Positions 63,819 through 64,000 of a DNA stretch of 64,000 nt are shown in pieces. The position numbers were made by a program, and so were the translations under genes. The stretch's first letter is position 1; each line of letters begins with the position of its first letter. The notes beneath the pieces were generated by a model. It was not told where the DNA came from and did no database searches. It saw nothing but the letters and a program-made list of their open reading frames with translations. This stretch comes from an uncultured candidate division Zixibacteria bacterium (lineage in GTDB: Bacteria; Zixibacteria; MSB-5A5; GN15; FEB-12). Location of the stretch: the NCBI GenBank assembly GCA_963735035.1, contig CAVTJJ010000003.1:480001-544000 (forward strand). The letters are read 5' to 3'.

Positions 63819-63998
63819 TCACAGCGACCAGCAGTGCCGTTCGAGCGCTTCGGCGATGTCCTTGATCGAGGGATACATGCGAGGTTGATCTTCGCGCGGC
63901 TGTCGGCGCTGCTCTTTGATAGTATGGCCGTCGATGATCAACGTGGGTGAATCGACATCACTGTGTGCCTCGAACACCCGGGCGAAAATTCCGCGCTT
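63819..63998 (-). CDS. 3' end of a hypothetical gene entering from beyond the window
   Basis: Open frame KRGIFARVFEAHSDVDSPTLIIDGHTIK...YPSIKDIAEALERHCWSL-stop. Confidence 0.5.
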   Translation of the reverse strand, partial: KRGIFARVFEAHSDVDSPTLIIDGHTIKEQRRQPREDQPRMYPSIKDIAEALERHCWSL

Positions 63999-64000
63999 CT

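Overview
64-kb chromosomal window from a moderately GC-rich diderm, probably anaerobic bacterium. The Cys-Cys-led C-terminal dockerin-like tails, a T9SS/FlgD-like C-terminal domain and multiheme cytochrome suggest candidate phylum Zixibacteria (FCB group); this assignment is an inference. Housekeeping content: folE, lptF/lptG, yhaM-like, tRNA-Ser(GGA), dedA, mntH-usp, thpR-recA, tyrosine phenol-lyase, rubrerythrin, Zn-ADH. The strongest novel candidate is a six-gene ArsR-controlled operon (9126-14577, minus strand): acr3, arsR, a secreted Cys-tailed protein, a MacB/FtsX-type permease with a periplasmic CC motif, an ABC ATPase, and a DUF1573 protein split by the ORF caller at an in-frame TGA exactly at the first Cys of the family CGCT motif (probable selenoprotein, T-U-G-C-T). 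Other notable items: an Fe-S/NrfD/13-heme cytochrome module with no catalytic subunit and a Rex/CRP-type palindrome; three secreted proteins (M4 protease, C1A protease, FISUMP protein) sharing one TSP3+dockerin tail; an IS1182 inserted in the loop of a REP hairpin plus MITEs carrying its ends; many REP families including two tandem arrays; a frameshifted Nal1-like protease next to a stand-alone copy of its N-terminal domain; a PhnD-like binding protein coupled to a PAS/GAF kinase; and a palindrome upstream of recA with WYL-regulator-like spacing. All calls come from reading the sequence; no database searches were run.
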